Shown in pieces: positions 29,253-38,082 of a DNA stretch of 64,000 nucleotides; the first letter of the stretch is position 1; every line of letters starts with the position of its first letter. The notes beneath the pieces were generated by a model. That model worked only from the letters and a program-made list of their open reading frames with translations. It ran no database searches and was not told the DNA's origin. The position numbers and the translations under genes are program-made. The stretch comes from an uncultured Acidobacteriota bacterium (lineage in GTDB: Bacteria > Acidobacteriota > Thermoanaerobaculia > UBA5066 > Gp7-AA6). The stretch spans positions 429,409-493,408 of the forward strand of contig CAWDUQ010000001.1 in the NCBI GenBank assembly GCA_963805495.1, in the 5' to 3' direction.

Positions 29253-29464
29253 GGCCTGGACCGACGGGCGACGTGGCCAACGGTGCGGCCGAGGCGGCCC
29301 GGTTCTGCCCGAGCGATCGGACGGGACGGACGCGCGGGCCCGCCTCGCCTGGAGGAGCCACCCCGTCCGCGAACCGCGGACTTCAGCGAAGCGCTCGCGC
29401 TCCTGGTGGAAGCCATGCCCGTGAGCAAGCCATGTGCAACGGTGCCGTCGAAGCTCTTTCGAAC

Positions 29465-31822
29465 CTACGGCGCAACGTTGTTCAGCGGCAGCTGGAACGT
29501 CTTCGTCAGGAACACCGCCATCTGCCCGCGCGTGACCGGATTGCCCGGACAGTAGAGCCCGCCCCCGCATCCGGCCGTGATCCCCTCGCCGACGAGCGTA
29601 TTCACCCAGTCGACGAACGGGCCCCCCGGGCAGGGCTCGTCCGTGAAGACCGTCGCCGAGCACGACGGCGCGACGTACGCCCCCCCATGCTCGCCCTTGA
29701 GGAGGAAGACCGCCATCGCGCCCCGGCTCACCGGTGCTCCCGGACAGTAGTTTCCACCGCCGCAGCCGCCCGTGATCCCCTCGGCCGCGAGCTGGTTGAC
29801 CCAGTCCACGTTCGGGCCGCCCGGACACGGCACGTCGGCGAAAACCGTCGCCGCGCAGGCGGGAGGCACGTACGTTCCGCCGTGCTCGCCCTTCAGGAGG
29901 AAGACCGCCATCTGCGCCCGGGTCGTGTTGGACGTCGTGCAGTAGTTGCCGCCTCCGCACCCGGCCGTGATCCCGTTGTGCAGCGCCGTCTCGATGAACT
30001 TGTAGAACGGGTCCGCGATCGGCACGTCGGCGAAGCTTCCGCCGATGTGCACGATCCAGCGGATGGCGGAGTGGTCGTCGAGCGTCTCGTCGATGCCGAA
30101 GTCCCAGTGGAGCGAGGGACGCGGCACCGCGAAGCTCAGCCCGAACTGGTAGCACTCGCCGGTCGCGTCGAAGCAGTTCGCGGACGCGCCGTCGGCAACC
30201 GTCCCGTAGTCTCCGATCGCGTGCGCCGGGTAGCCCAGACCGTCGTCGTCCTGGAACTGGGGCGTGAACCCGTGCAGCAGGAGAGGCGCCCCCGTTCCGT
30301 TGTGCCAGGTCGGCTCGACGTTGATGGTCTCGCCCCGCTCGAAGACGCCGTTCCCGTTCGAGTTGTTCGTGGCGTGGACGTCCGTACCGAGCGACACGGG
30401 CGTCAGGCCCGGCGGAAAGTCCGTCGTGCACGCGGAGCCGACAGTCGTGATGTCCTCCGCCGAGATGTCGAAAGTGCCGGGCGGCGTGTTCGTCACGCTC
30501 GCGAGGCTCACCGTCGCCGAGCTCAGCGTCGCCGCCACGGCCGCGCCGTCGGAGACGGTGACGTTCGCCGTGTTGGTGATCTCGCCGAGCAGGCACCCCG
30601 TGAACTCACCGTCGGGGCCTACGCGCAGCAGAGTGTCTCCGATGACCTCGTCCGGGTAGTTCGCGCCGTTGCCGGCGACGGTCACCGAGCCGTCGGCTTC
30701 GGCGGTCACGCCCGTGAAACGCATGTAGAAGTTGAACCCCGGGCTCTGGAACTGCTTCGCCCAGATGAGCGCGCCGTCGGTCGAGGAGATTTTGTAGATC
30801 GACGCGGGGTTGTTGTCGGCGCCGGCGAAGACGAGGTTGTGGTCCGGCGTCTCGGTGATCGCGCCGAGGAAGTTGAACTGGGTCAGGTAAATCTTCTGCC
30901 AGTCGATCGTGCCGTCGGCGTTGAGGTGCAGGACGAGGTTGCCGAGCACGCCCCCGCCGAAGCTGGTGCCCGCGAGGATGAAGGTTCCGTCGGTCATCTG
31001 GAGGACGGCGGTCGGTACCCACGTGAAGCCCGCGACGTGATACGCCTTGTCGAAGATCGGAGTCCCGTCGGAGTCCGTGCGGATCAGCCGGTACATCCCG
31101 TCGGTGCCGTCGCTGTAGGTGGCCGCGATCGCATACCCGTCGTCGGGCGACGTGCGCACGACGGACACGGCGTGCGTCTGCACCTCGGAGGAGTCGGTCG
31201 GGTAGTACTTGGCCCAGAGCGCATGGCCGTCGCCCGAATCGATCCCGACCAGGCTCGCCCAGGGGAGGTTCGTGTCGTTCGCGTTCGGGCCCGCCCACGC
31301 GCCGGCGACCGCGTAGCTACTGTCGCCCGCTTCGGCGATCGAGAGCCCCTCCGTGAAGAAGCCGTCCGCCCCCGCGCCGTAATACGCCTTGTTCCAGAGA
31401 ACGGTGCCGAGAGGGTCGAGCTTCACGAGCCAGACGTTGTTGACGATGTTGGTCTCGAAGACCGCGTCGTGCGAGGAGTCCTCGAGGATCGCGTGCGGAT
31501 AGAGGCCGCCTCCGCCAACGCTCTGGATCGTCGTGAAGCTTCTCTGGTACTCGACGGTCCGTGTCGAGTCCACCTTGCTCACGACGATGGCGCAGCAGTT
31601 GTTGTGGCCCGGCTGGGAAGGTTGCGGGTTCAGGTCGTTCGACAGCCACAGCCATCCGCCGTCGAACGACTTCACCATGCCGATCGCGCCGGTCCCGCCC
31701 TCGGCGGCGGAGCTGAACGGCTGTCCGTAGAAGTTGACCCAGGTCTCGAGCGGTTGAGCGTGTGCCGAAGGAGCGCGGAGGAAGAGAAGGAGAGAGCCGA
31801 CGAGCGCCGACCTCTTGAGCAC
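29465..31822 (-). CDS. Secreted surface protein, propeller-like repeats plus three C-terminal SLH-like repeats
   Basis: GGAGGTG RBS + GTG; repeats WLVKLD..G..LW.K.Y; three GITAGCGGG.YC...TR.QMAVFL-type units. Confidence 0.85.
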   Translation of the reverse strand: MLKRSALVGSLLLFLRAPSAHAQPLETWVNFYGQPFSSAAEGGTGAIGMVKSFDGGWLWLSNDLNPQPSQPGHNNCCAIVVSKVDSTRTVEYQRSFTTIQSVGGGGLYPHAILEDSSHDAVFETNIVNNVWLVKLDPLGTVLWNKAYYGAGADGFFTEGLSIAEAGDSSYAVAGAWAGPNANDTNLPWASLVGIDSGDGHALWAKYYPTDSSEVQTHAVSVVRTSPDDGYAIAATYSDGTDGMYRLIRTDSDGTPIFDKAYHVAGFTWVPTAVLQMTDGTFILAGTSFGGGVLGNLVLHLNADGTIDWQKIYLTQFNFLGAITETPDHNLVFAGADNNPASIYKISSTDGALIWAKQFQSPGFNFYMRFTGVTAEADGSVTVAGNGANYPDEVIGDTLLRVGPDGEFTGCLLGEITNTANVTVSDGAAVAATLSSATVSLASVTNTPPGTFDISAEDITTVGSACTTDFPPGLTPVSLGTDVHATNNSNGNGVFERGETINVEPTWHNGTGAPLLLHGFTPQFQDDDGLGYPAHAIGDYGTVADGASANCFDATGECYQFGLSFAVPRPSLHWDFGIDETLDDHSAIRWIVHIGGSFADVPIADPFYKFIETALHNGITAGCGGGNYCTTSNTTRAQMAVFLLKGEHGGTYVPPACAATVFADVPCPGGPNVDWVNQLAAEGITGGCGGGNYCPGAPVSRGAMAVFLLKGEHGGAYVAPSCSATVFTDEPCPGGPFVDWVNTLVGEGITAGCGGGLYCPGNPVTRGQMAVFLTKTFQLPLNNVAP

Positions 31823-32066
31823 GGAATCACCTCCTGCAAAAGCGAAAGCGGGCAGACAATATCAGAAGCAAAACCGGAGATCACAATGCCGGCCGGGCCG
31901 TTTCAGGGCTCCACGGGTCGTATGTCGTCGAATTGCTTCGTCAAACGCAGCGACGAACGTAATAGGATTTCTCTCGGCCGTCCCGGAGATTTCTGTTCGC
32001 ACGTTTGTGTGGGCTTCGGTCCAGGGAGCCCTTTGCGAGTCGGATGGAGCCGAGCAGGAGGTTGCC

Positions 32067-33995
32067 ATGACGCGTCGCCACAGACTTGCCACGCTGTTCG
32101 CGGCCGTTCTTTTGGGCCTGGGGGCGGAGGTCGCCTCGGCGCAGACCTACACGGACCTGTACCACCTTTCGGACGTCGCGAATGGGGACGGTTCCCACCC
32201 CCGGGGTCCGCTGACCGTGGAGGAATCGTCCGGCCAGGTCCTTCTCCATGGAACGGCCGCGTACGGGGGTCAATCGGACGCCGGTACCGCGTTTTCGTAC
32301 GTCGTGGCCTCGGGTACGTACTCGAGCCAGTCGTTCGACGGGACGAACGGGCAACTGCCGATGGGGGGCGTTACTCTGACGTCTTCCGGGCTCTTCGGCA
32401 CGGCTTACCAGGGCGGGGGCTCGAGCCTCGGGACGGTGTGGGCCGGCACCAGCGGACTTCAGGCGATCCATACCTTCGCAGGGAGCGGCCAGGGATCCTC
32501 TCCGGCTGGACCGCTGCTCGCGCTATTGGATCCGACCACGTTCTGGGGCACGACGTCCGATTCCATGACCGGTGTCGTCTTCCGGATCAGCTTCGATCCC
32601 ATCGGCGGCGGCTGGATCTACACGGTTCTTCACCCATTGGACCCGATCAACCATTCCTTTTCGGGCCTCATCCAGGCGTCGAACGGGTCGCTCTACGGGA
32701 CGACGTCCAACACTGCCTTCCGCATCGACCCCGACGGCTCGAACTTTGCCGACGTGGGTCCTGCGCTCGCAGATCAATACAATTTCACGCTCCTCCAGGC
32801 GTCCGACGGGTACCTGTACGGTCGAGGCGACCATGAGATCTTTCGGATGGATCTTTCCGGAGGAAACTTCTCCGTCCTCCGAACCTTGAGTGTCGCGGAC
32901 GGTCATGACTTCGGACCATTCGGGGGCGCGCTCCTCGAGGGGTCGGATGGCCTTCTCTACGGAACGAATGACACGGGCGGCGCCAACGGGCTCGGCACCA
33001 TCTTTCGAATCGGCAAGGATGGCAGCCATTTCGTGGTCCTCCACGACTTTGCCGGCCCGGAAGGCTCGGGATCCTCGAGCGGTCTCGTGCGGGACTCGGC
33101 TGGGCACTTCTACGGGACCGCGTCGGGAGGCGGGGATCACGGCGACGGCGTTATCTTCCAATTCGATCCAGCCCCGGGGCCGTGGGTCATCCAGTTGATT
33201 CCGACGGCGGGACCCGTCTTCGTCGAGCCCGGCGATCCGGTCCAGGTCGTCGGGCAGTTTTTCCCGGCCTCGTCGGGCCTCTCCGTCGGAGGCCTTCCGT
33301 CCAACGCGATCAGCGTGCCGGACGACCAGCACATCAGCGCGAACACCCCGCCCGGGCTGAACCCGGGCACGCTCAACGACGTCGTCGTCTCGGACCCCGA
33401 CACCGGGGCGGTCGGAGTGCTCAAGGAAGGCTGGTTCGCCGACTTCCTCGACGTTCCGGGCTCAACCCTCTTCCACGGAGGCGTCGAATCGATCGTGAGA
33501 GCGAAGATCACTGCCGGCTGCGGCGGCGGCAACTTCTGCCCGACGGCTCCTGTCACGCGGGCCCAGATGGCCGTCTTCCTCTTGAAAGGGGAGCATGGCT
33601 CTGGCTACACGCCGCCGCCTTGCACCGGCATCTTTTCGGACGTGTCGTGTTCGGCGACGCCCGACTTCGCGGCGGACTGGATCGAGCAGCTATACGGCGA
33701 GGGCATCACCGCTGGCTGCGGGCCCGACATCTACTGCCCGACGAACCCGGTTTCGAGGCAGCAGATGGCAGTCTTCCTGCTCAAGGCCGAGCACGGCGTC
33801 GGCTACGTTCCACCGGCCTGCGCCGGCGTTTTTGTCGACGTCCCTTGCGGGACGCTCTTCGCAGACTGGATCGAAGAGCTCTACGCCGAGCAGATCACGG
33901 GTGGCTGCCTCATGAACCCGTTGAGCTATTGCCCCCTGGCCTCGGCTTCGCGAGGCCAGATGGCCGCGTTTCTAACGAAGGTTTTCCAACTCTGA
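32067..33995 (+). CDS. Secreted protein with GloVer-like tandem repeats, IPT-like domain and three SLH-like repeats
   Basis: AGGAGG RBS; LYGT..GG..G.GTIFRI...F.VLHDF repeats; three C-terminal SLH-like units. Confidence 0.85.
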   Translation: MTRRHRLATLFAAVLLGLGAEVASAQTYTDLYHLSDVANGDGSHPRGPLTVEESSGQVLLHGTAAYGGQSDAGTAFSYVVASGTYSSQSFDGTNGQLPMGGVTLTSSGLFGTAYQGGGSSLGTVWAGTSGLQAIHTFAGSGQGSSPAGPLLALLDPTTFWGTTSDSMTGVVFRISFDPIGGGWIYTVLHPLDPINHSFSGLIQASNGSLYGTTSNTAFRIDPDGSNFADVGPALADQYNFTLLQASDGYLYGRGDHEIFRMDLSGGNFSVLRTLSVADGHDFGPFGGALLEGSDGLLYGTNDTGGANGLGTIFRIGKDGSHFVVLHDFAGPEGSGSSSGLVRDSAGHFYGTASGGGDHGDGVIFQFDPAPGPWVIQLIPTAGPVFVEPGDPVQVVGQFFPASSGLSVGGLPSNAISVPDDQHISANTPPGLNPGTLNDVVVSDPDTGAVGVLKEGWFADFLDVPGSTLFHGGVESIVRAKITAGCGGGNFCPTAPVTRAQMAVFLLKGEHGSGYTPPPCTGIFSDVSCSATPDFAADWIEQLYGEGITAGCGPDIYCPTNPVSRQQMAVFLLKAEHGVGYVPPACAGVFVDVPCGTLFADWIEELYAEQITGGCLMNPLSYCPLASASRGQMAAFLTKVFQL

Positions 33996-34080
33996 CGGGA
34001 GTGACTGGTTCGAGGTCTTGCTCGTTCCAGGCGGCCTCTACGAGAGCGTAGCCCTCCGGTTCCGCCGGACCCGAGAAAAA

Positions 34081-34126
34081 TGGTGCGCCCGGCGCGATTC
34101 GAATGCGCGACCTTTAGCTCTCGAGG
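34081..34126 (-). repeat. Duplicated 3' part of tRNA-Arg(CCG), att site of island 1
   Basis: 43/46 identical to 45494-45539. Confidence 0.85.
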
Positions 34127-34545
34127 GGAGAGCGGCGACGAGCCGACGACACGGACGACAGCCGAGAGTAGACCAATCAAGGTCGTTCTGATTCCCCGCT
34201 CCAGTAGATGGTCTTGTCCTTGCCGCCGGCGGTCTTGACGACCATCGACTCATCGAATCATTCGAGGCCTGACTGGAACGCCACGAGGCTTCGACACGAC
34301 GGCATTCCCTTTCTCGGGCGAGGGTCCGCGTTGTGCGGGAAGGGCTATTCGTCGGCCCGGCCACCTTGCTCCCCGCTGATGCCGAAGGAAACGCAACGGC
34401 TTGACTCGGGCCACCGTCCATCGCTCGCGGCTCTGAACTCGATCGAAACAAACGATTGGAACCGGCTCGGGCGGCCGCACATGATCACGGCTTGGAGATT
34501 CGAGTCTCGCGGGATGTCTTCGGTCTCGTTAACGGCGGAGGGTTG

Positions 34546-34731
34546 ATGGAAATGAGTTGGACCTGCCCCAAGTGTCGGTCTCGGAATGCGACGATCATCG
34601 CTCGCGATGCCGAGGCCGGGAAGATCGTCCAAGTCAGCTGCGCCCCCTGCGGGGCACAACACGATGCTTCCGTCTTCTTTCCGTCCACGAGACACGGGGG
34701 ACCCATGACTGTCGGTGTCGTCTGGGTCTGA
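34546..34731 (+). CDS. Small zinc-ribbon protein (copy B)
   Basis: GGAGG RBS; MEMSWTCPKCRSRNA...CAPCG...VGVVWV. Confidence 0.75.
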   Translation: MEMSWTCPKCRSRNATIIARDAEAGKIVQVSCAPCGAQHDASVFFPSTRHGGPMTVGVVWV

Positions 34732-34866
34732 AGGCGCCTGCCTGAAGGACCCGGCATTTGAAGGATCGGTTCGGCAAACCCTTGGGCCGCCCGAGCCTGG
34801 GGCCCGGTCCCCCACAGAAACTCTCTCGGCCGAGTCCTCGAGCGGGTATGCGAAAGGAGCCCTGCC

Positions 34867-35145
34867 ATGACAATGTCACTACCGGAACTCCTGGTTCTCA
34901 TCGTGATCGCGGCCGTTTGCGGCGCCATCGGAAAGGCCATTGCGGGCAGCGTTCGTGGTGGGCTGATCGTCTCGATAGCTCTTGGCTTCGTCGGGGCACT
35001 TCTTGGGCCCTGGGTTGCCCGGCTGCTCAAGCTCCCGGAGCCTCTCATGGTCACCGTCGGCGGACATCCATTCCCGGTCCTGTGGTCCATCATCGGTGCC
35101 GCCCTTTTCGTGGCGATCATTCACCTGGTCTCCCGACGGAGGTAA
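34867..35145 (+). CDS. GlsB/YeaQ/YmgE (transglycosylase-associated) stress membrane protein
   Basis: AAGGAG RBS; three TMs; GLIVSIALGFVGALLG, SIIGAALFV. Confidence 0.85.
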   Translation: MTMSLPELLVLIVIAAVCGAIGKAIAGSVRGGLIVSIALGFVGALLGPWVARLLKLPEPLMVTVGGHPFPVLWSIIGAALFVAIIHLVSRRR

Positions 35146-35369
35146 GCGCGCAGGTCGAGGGCCGGGCACGTTCCCATAGGCCACACCAGGTTGCCAGACC
35201 GGGTCGCCACGAGCTCTGTAGCCTGGCAGCAGCTTCAGCCTCGGGCGTCTCCGAGACGCCGCACTTTTCACGTCTCAAATCGAGCGGAACAAACGATTGG
35301 AAATGGTTTGACAGAGCGCACATGCTCACTCTGCGGATTGAGAGACTTCCGGATTAGAAGGGACAAGAT

Positions 35370-35450
35370 ATGGGAACCATCGTTATCGTTCTTTTGGTGC
35401 TTCTTCTTCTCGGTGGCGGCGGATATTGGTACCGCGGCAGACGTGTATGA
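35370..35450 (+). CDS. 26-aa single-TM peptide, DUF3309-like
   Basis: Below the ORF-track cutoff: MGTIVIVLLVLLLLGGGGYWYRGRRV. Confidence 0.65.
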   Translation: MGTIVIVLLVLLLLGGGGYWYRGRRV

Positions 35451-35511
35451 CGAGGCCGTTGGACCGTAGGGAGTAGAACCCCTGCAATTTCACGAAACAG
35501 CGAGGAACTCC

Positions 35512-35715
35512 ATGAACCGAAATGAACTGGAAGGCAAGAAAGAGGCGGTCAAGGGCCGCGTCAAGGAAGCCGTGGGCGTACTGACGGGCAACAAGAAACT
35601 CGAATCGGAAGGCGCCAACGAGCGAGCGGAGGGTGCGGCCCAGGAACGGATTGGGAAAGCCAGTCGCAAGGTCGGCGAAGCGATCGAGGATCTCGGCAAG
35701 AAGATCAAGCGCTAG
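35512..35715 (+). CDS. CsbD family stress protein
   Basis: GAGGA RBS; EGKKEAVKGRVKEAVGVLTGNKKLESEG...EGAAQERIG. Confidence 0.9.
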   Translation: MNRNELEGKKEAVKGRVKEAVGVLTGNKKLESEGANERAEGAAQERIGKASRKVGEAIEDLGKKIKR

Positions 35716-35894
35716 GCTGCGCCGCCGGCGGGTTCAAGGTCGCTTTCTTCCGAGTCCTTCAACCAGGCCCGGGACTCCACCTTTTCCCCCTGGATCGGGC
35801 GCCACGGATCCCGCGACATGTCGTTTTGGTTGAAACCCGACGATCGACCGAACGTCGAATGCGGCCGCAAATATTTGTTTGGAGGCACCAGGTC

Positions 35895-36455
35895 ATGAAA
35901 AGGGTAGCAACGGGTTTTCTGTCGCTGATGAGCATAGGTCTGCTTTGGGTGGGCGGCGCCTCAACGGCGCGCGCGGCCGAAGTCCCGAAAGCCCCTGCTT
36001 CGGTAGAGGTTTCCGAGGCTCTGAAGGCCCTGTCCGTCCAGTCCAAGCTAATCGACAAGCTCGGCGCCGACGCCCTTGGGATCACCGTTCACGTCTCCGG
36101 GGAAACCGCGACTCTGACCGGCGAGGTGGCCAGGAAGTCCAGCCAGAAGCTGGCCGAAGCCGTGGCTCTGTCGGTCGAAGGTATCAAGAAGGTCGACAAC
36201 CAGGTGACGGAGGAGACGACGCCTGCAGCTCTTGCAAACGCCGAAGCCAACGTGAAGGACACGGTTCTCCTGACCAGGGTGAAGACCATGCTTCTGACGG
36301 AGATCGGCGTCAACGCTTTCAAGATCGACGTCGACGTCACCAATGGCATCGTCAGCCTTCGGGGGAAGCTCGGCGATGCGGGGATCAACAGGGCGGCGAT
36401 CGAGAAGACCCAGTCGATCGAAGGCGTCAAGAAAGTCATAAACCTGCTGGACTGA
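35895..36455 (+). CDS. Two-BON-domain (OsmY-like) protein
   Basis: GGAGG RBS, signal peptide, two I.V.V..G.V.L.G...VEG.KKV.N repeats. Confidence 0.88.
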   Translation: MKRVATGFLSLMSIGLLWVGGASTARAAEVPKAPASVEVSEALKALSVQSKLIDKLGADALGITVHVSGETATLTGEVARKSSQKLAEAVALSVEGIKKVDNQVTEETTPAALANAEANVKDTVLLTRVKTMLLTEIGVNAFKIDVDVTNGIVSLRGKLGDAGINRAAIEKTQSIEGVKKVINLLD

Positions 36456-36529
36456 CGTCCGGTGGTTGCCACCAGGCCGCGCTTACACCTCGGCGCATCG
36501 GGCGATGCTGCCGGCTACTCGGAGGAGCC

Positions 36530-36745
36530 ATGGACGAGACTCGCAATCGTGAAGGTTCGAGTGAGGAGGCGAAGCAGCCGAATCCTCGAGATGCTCAAGG
36601 GTTCAAGGAGAATCCGGCGCCCCGGGGACTGAAGACGCCGCCTCCCCTCGAGAAGGGCGAGGAGTCAGGCGAATGGACGCGAGGCGGGGGTTCTGACCCG
36701 AATGAGGGTGAAGGAGCGGCTCAACAGAAGCCTTCAACGACGTAG
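36530..36745 (+). CDS. Small hydrophilic hypothetical protein
   Basis: GGAGGAG RBS; 71 aa, charged/Gly/Pro-rich. Confidence 0.55.
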   Translation: MDETRNREGSSEEAKQPNPRDAQGFKENPAPRGLKTPPPLEKGEESGEWTRGGGSDPNEGEGAAQQKPSTT

Positions 36746-37194
36746 CTGCGCTCTCGATTTGCTTCGAGGTACACGTATGCCCGTCGAGGCCCTGTCGGAC
36801 TCCACGGGCGAATGCCGCGAATCCTCTCGTCTTCTCCAGGGCGTGGGCTGTTCTTCGGCCTTGTCCTTTCTGGTAGCACGCCGCTGGCGAAGCGCCGCCC
36901 ACCAGGCGATCCTTCAGGGGCCGAGCGAGGCGGGCGTTGATCGTTGCTTCGTTGAAAGTCAAGCGAAAGAAACGATTGGACGGTATGAACTTCGACCGCT
37001 GACAATGGCGATATCACCCGGCTTAACCCGGGAACTCATCCAAAAGCCGCGAGTCCCGCACTGGGGGCGTTAGCGGCCCTTCCTTGTTCTGCTCCCACGA
37101 GGCATGGCAATGGCCCGGTGCAACAGATGCGCTCGACAGTGGAGTCCCGCCGTCACCAAGCCCTTCGAGGGCCGACCGAAACGCGGCGAGGCAA

Positions 37195-37278
37195 GACATG
37201 CGAGAAATCCTGCTCAAGGTCTAGGTGCGCCTCGCTGCGGAGGCAGGGAAGCCCTCCAACGTTGTCCCGCTCCGCAAA
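37195..37278 (+). pseudogene. Relic of tyrosine-integrase C-terminus (island 1)
   Basis: DMREILLKV*VRLAAEAGKPSNVVPLRK, homologous to 45312-45427 and at the same position next to an att site. Confidence 0.5.
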
Positions 37279-37331
37279 CCCGGACCAAACACGGACACTC
37301 GTGGCTCGGAGGCGGGGGAGGGGTCGTCTAG

Positions 37332-37371
37332 GTCCTCGGGAAAAGTGGTGCGTCCTCGGGAAAAGTGGTGC
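37332..37371 (+). repeat. 20-bp perfect tandem duplication at the att junction
   Basis: GTCCTCGGGAAAAGTGGTGC x2. Confidence 0.85.
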
Positions 37372-37411
37372 GCCCGGCGCGATTCGAACACGCGACCTTT
37401 AGCTCCGGAGG
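37366..37411 (-). repeat. Duplicated 3' part of tRNA-Arg(CCG), junction between islands 1 and 2
   Basis: 45/46 identical to 45494-45539. Confidence 0.9.
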
Positions 37412-37720
37412 GGAGGACGGGGAGAAGCCCACGACACCTGACGACAGGTCAGAGTAGATAACTCAACGAGTTAGCTCATCGTACCTGTCGTGAGATTCCG
37501 TCCGTTGTCGTCAAGACACGGAGAAAACACGGAGAATCTGGCGAATCAACGCCGGCTCAGGAGCGTCATCTCAAAGTCGACTCGAGAGGAAAAGTGCCGA
37601 CAGCGGTCGTCTTACCGGCGGGATCGTGCTTTGTCAGAGAGTTCGCGTCTTCCACACAGATTTTTCACCCGTTACGACATATGGACAGTCTCAACCCCTG
37701 ACCAAGTCCACGCCTGCCAG

Positions 37721-37867
37721 ATGATGACCGACTTTCCGGCCAACACGCCGGACGGCAAGCTCGTCGCCGTCACGTGCGAGAGCTGCCGGGCCGATTACTT
37801 CGCCACGGCCGTCGTTCGCACCCCGCCCGGCCAGCCGACCTCGGTGTACGGGGTGACCTGGGTCTAG
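37721..37867 (+). pseudogene. Zinc-ribbon protein copy C, lacking the N-terminal CPKC
   Basis: PANTPDGKLVAVTCESC...VRTPPGQPTSVYGVTWV closely matches copy A, but the first CxxC is absent. Confidence 0.6.
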
Positions 37868-38082
37868 CGGTCCTTCTCGCCCTGGAAGAAGCGTTCTTCG
37901 AACCTTCCGAACCTTCGCGGCCGGATGGCTGCGGCGCCCAATCTCCGTTCCGCCCGGAGAGGACGAGGTCCTGCCGGGCCCGATTGCGCTATTTTTGGAA
38001 GATCCCACGGGGAAGCGCAGCTCTTTGTCGTCGGGAGTCGAGGGTGTAAATCGGGACCCGTCATGGTCCCCGGGAGGAGTCG

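Larger units (their letters stand above)
34081..37411. mobile_element. Decayed tRNA-Arg-integrated island 1 (small stress-protein cargo)
   Basis: Bounded by two tRNA 3' copies; visibly more A/T-rich than the flanks; integrase C-terminal relic at right end. Confidence 0.7.

Noticed and set aside
29424-29439. Sigma54 promoter upstream of the GNAT gene (TTGCAC-N5-TTGCT, minus strand)
   Set aside because: Lacks the invariant GG at -24; insufficient support.
29273-32836. 1187-aa plus-strand ORF and similar long Arg/Pro-rich ORFs (363..1922, 16896..19862, 19294..22053, 48240..51077)
   Set aside because: Shadow frames of real genes in high-GC DNA; no motifs or RBS.
36750-37190. Short ORFs in the right part of island 1
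   Set aside because: No RBS, motifs or typical codon bias; probably decayed non-coding DNA.
34081-37411. Two additional tRNA-Arg genes
   Set aside because: Only the 3' 46 nt are present, with no D-arm or 5' acceptor strand; these are att duplications.
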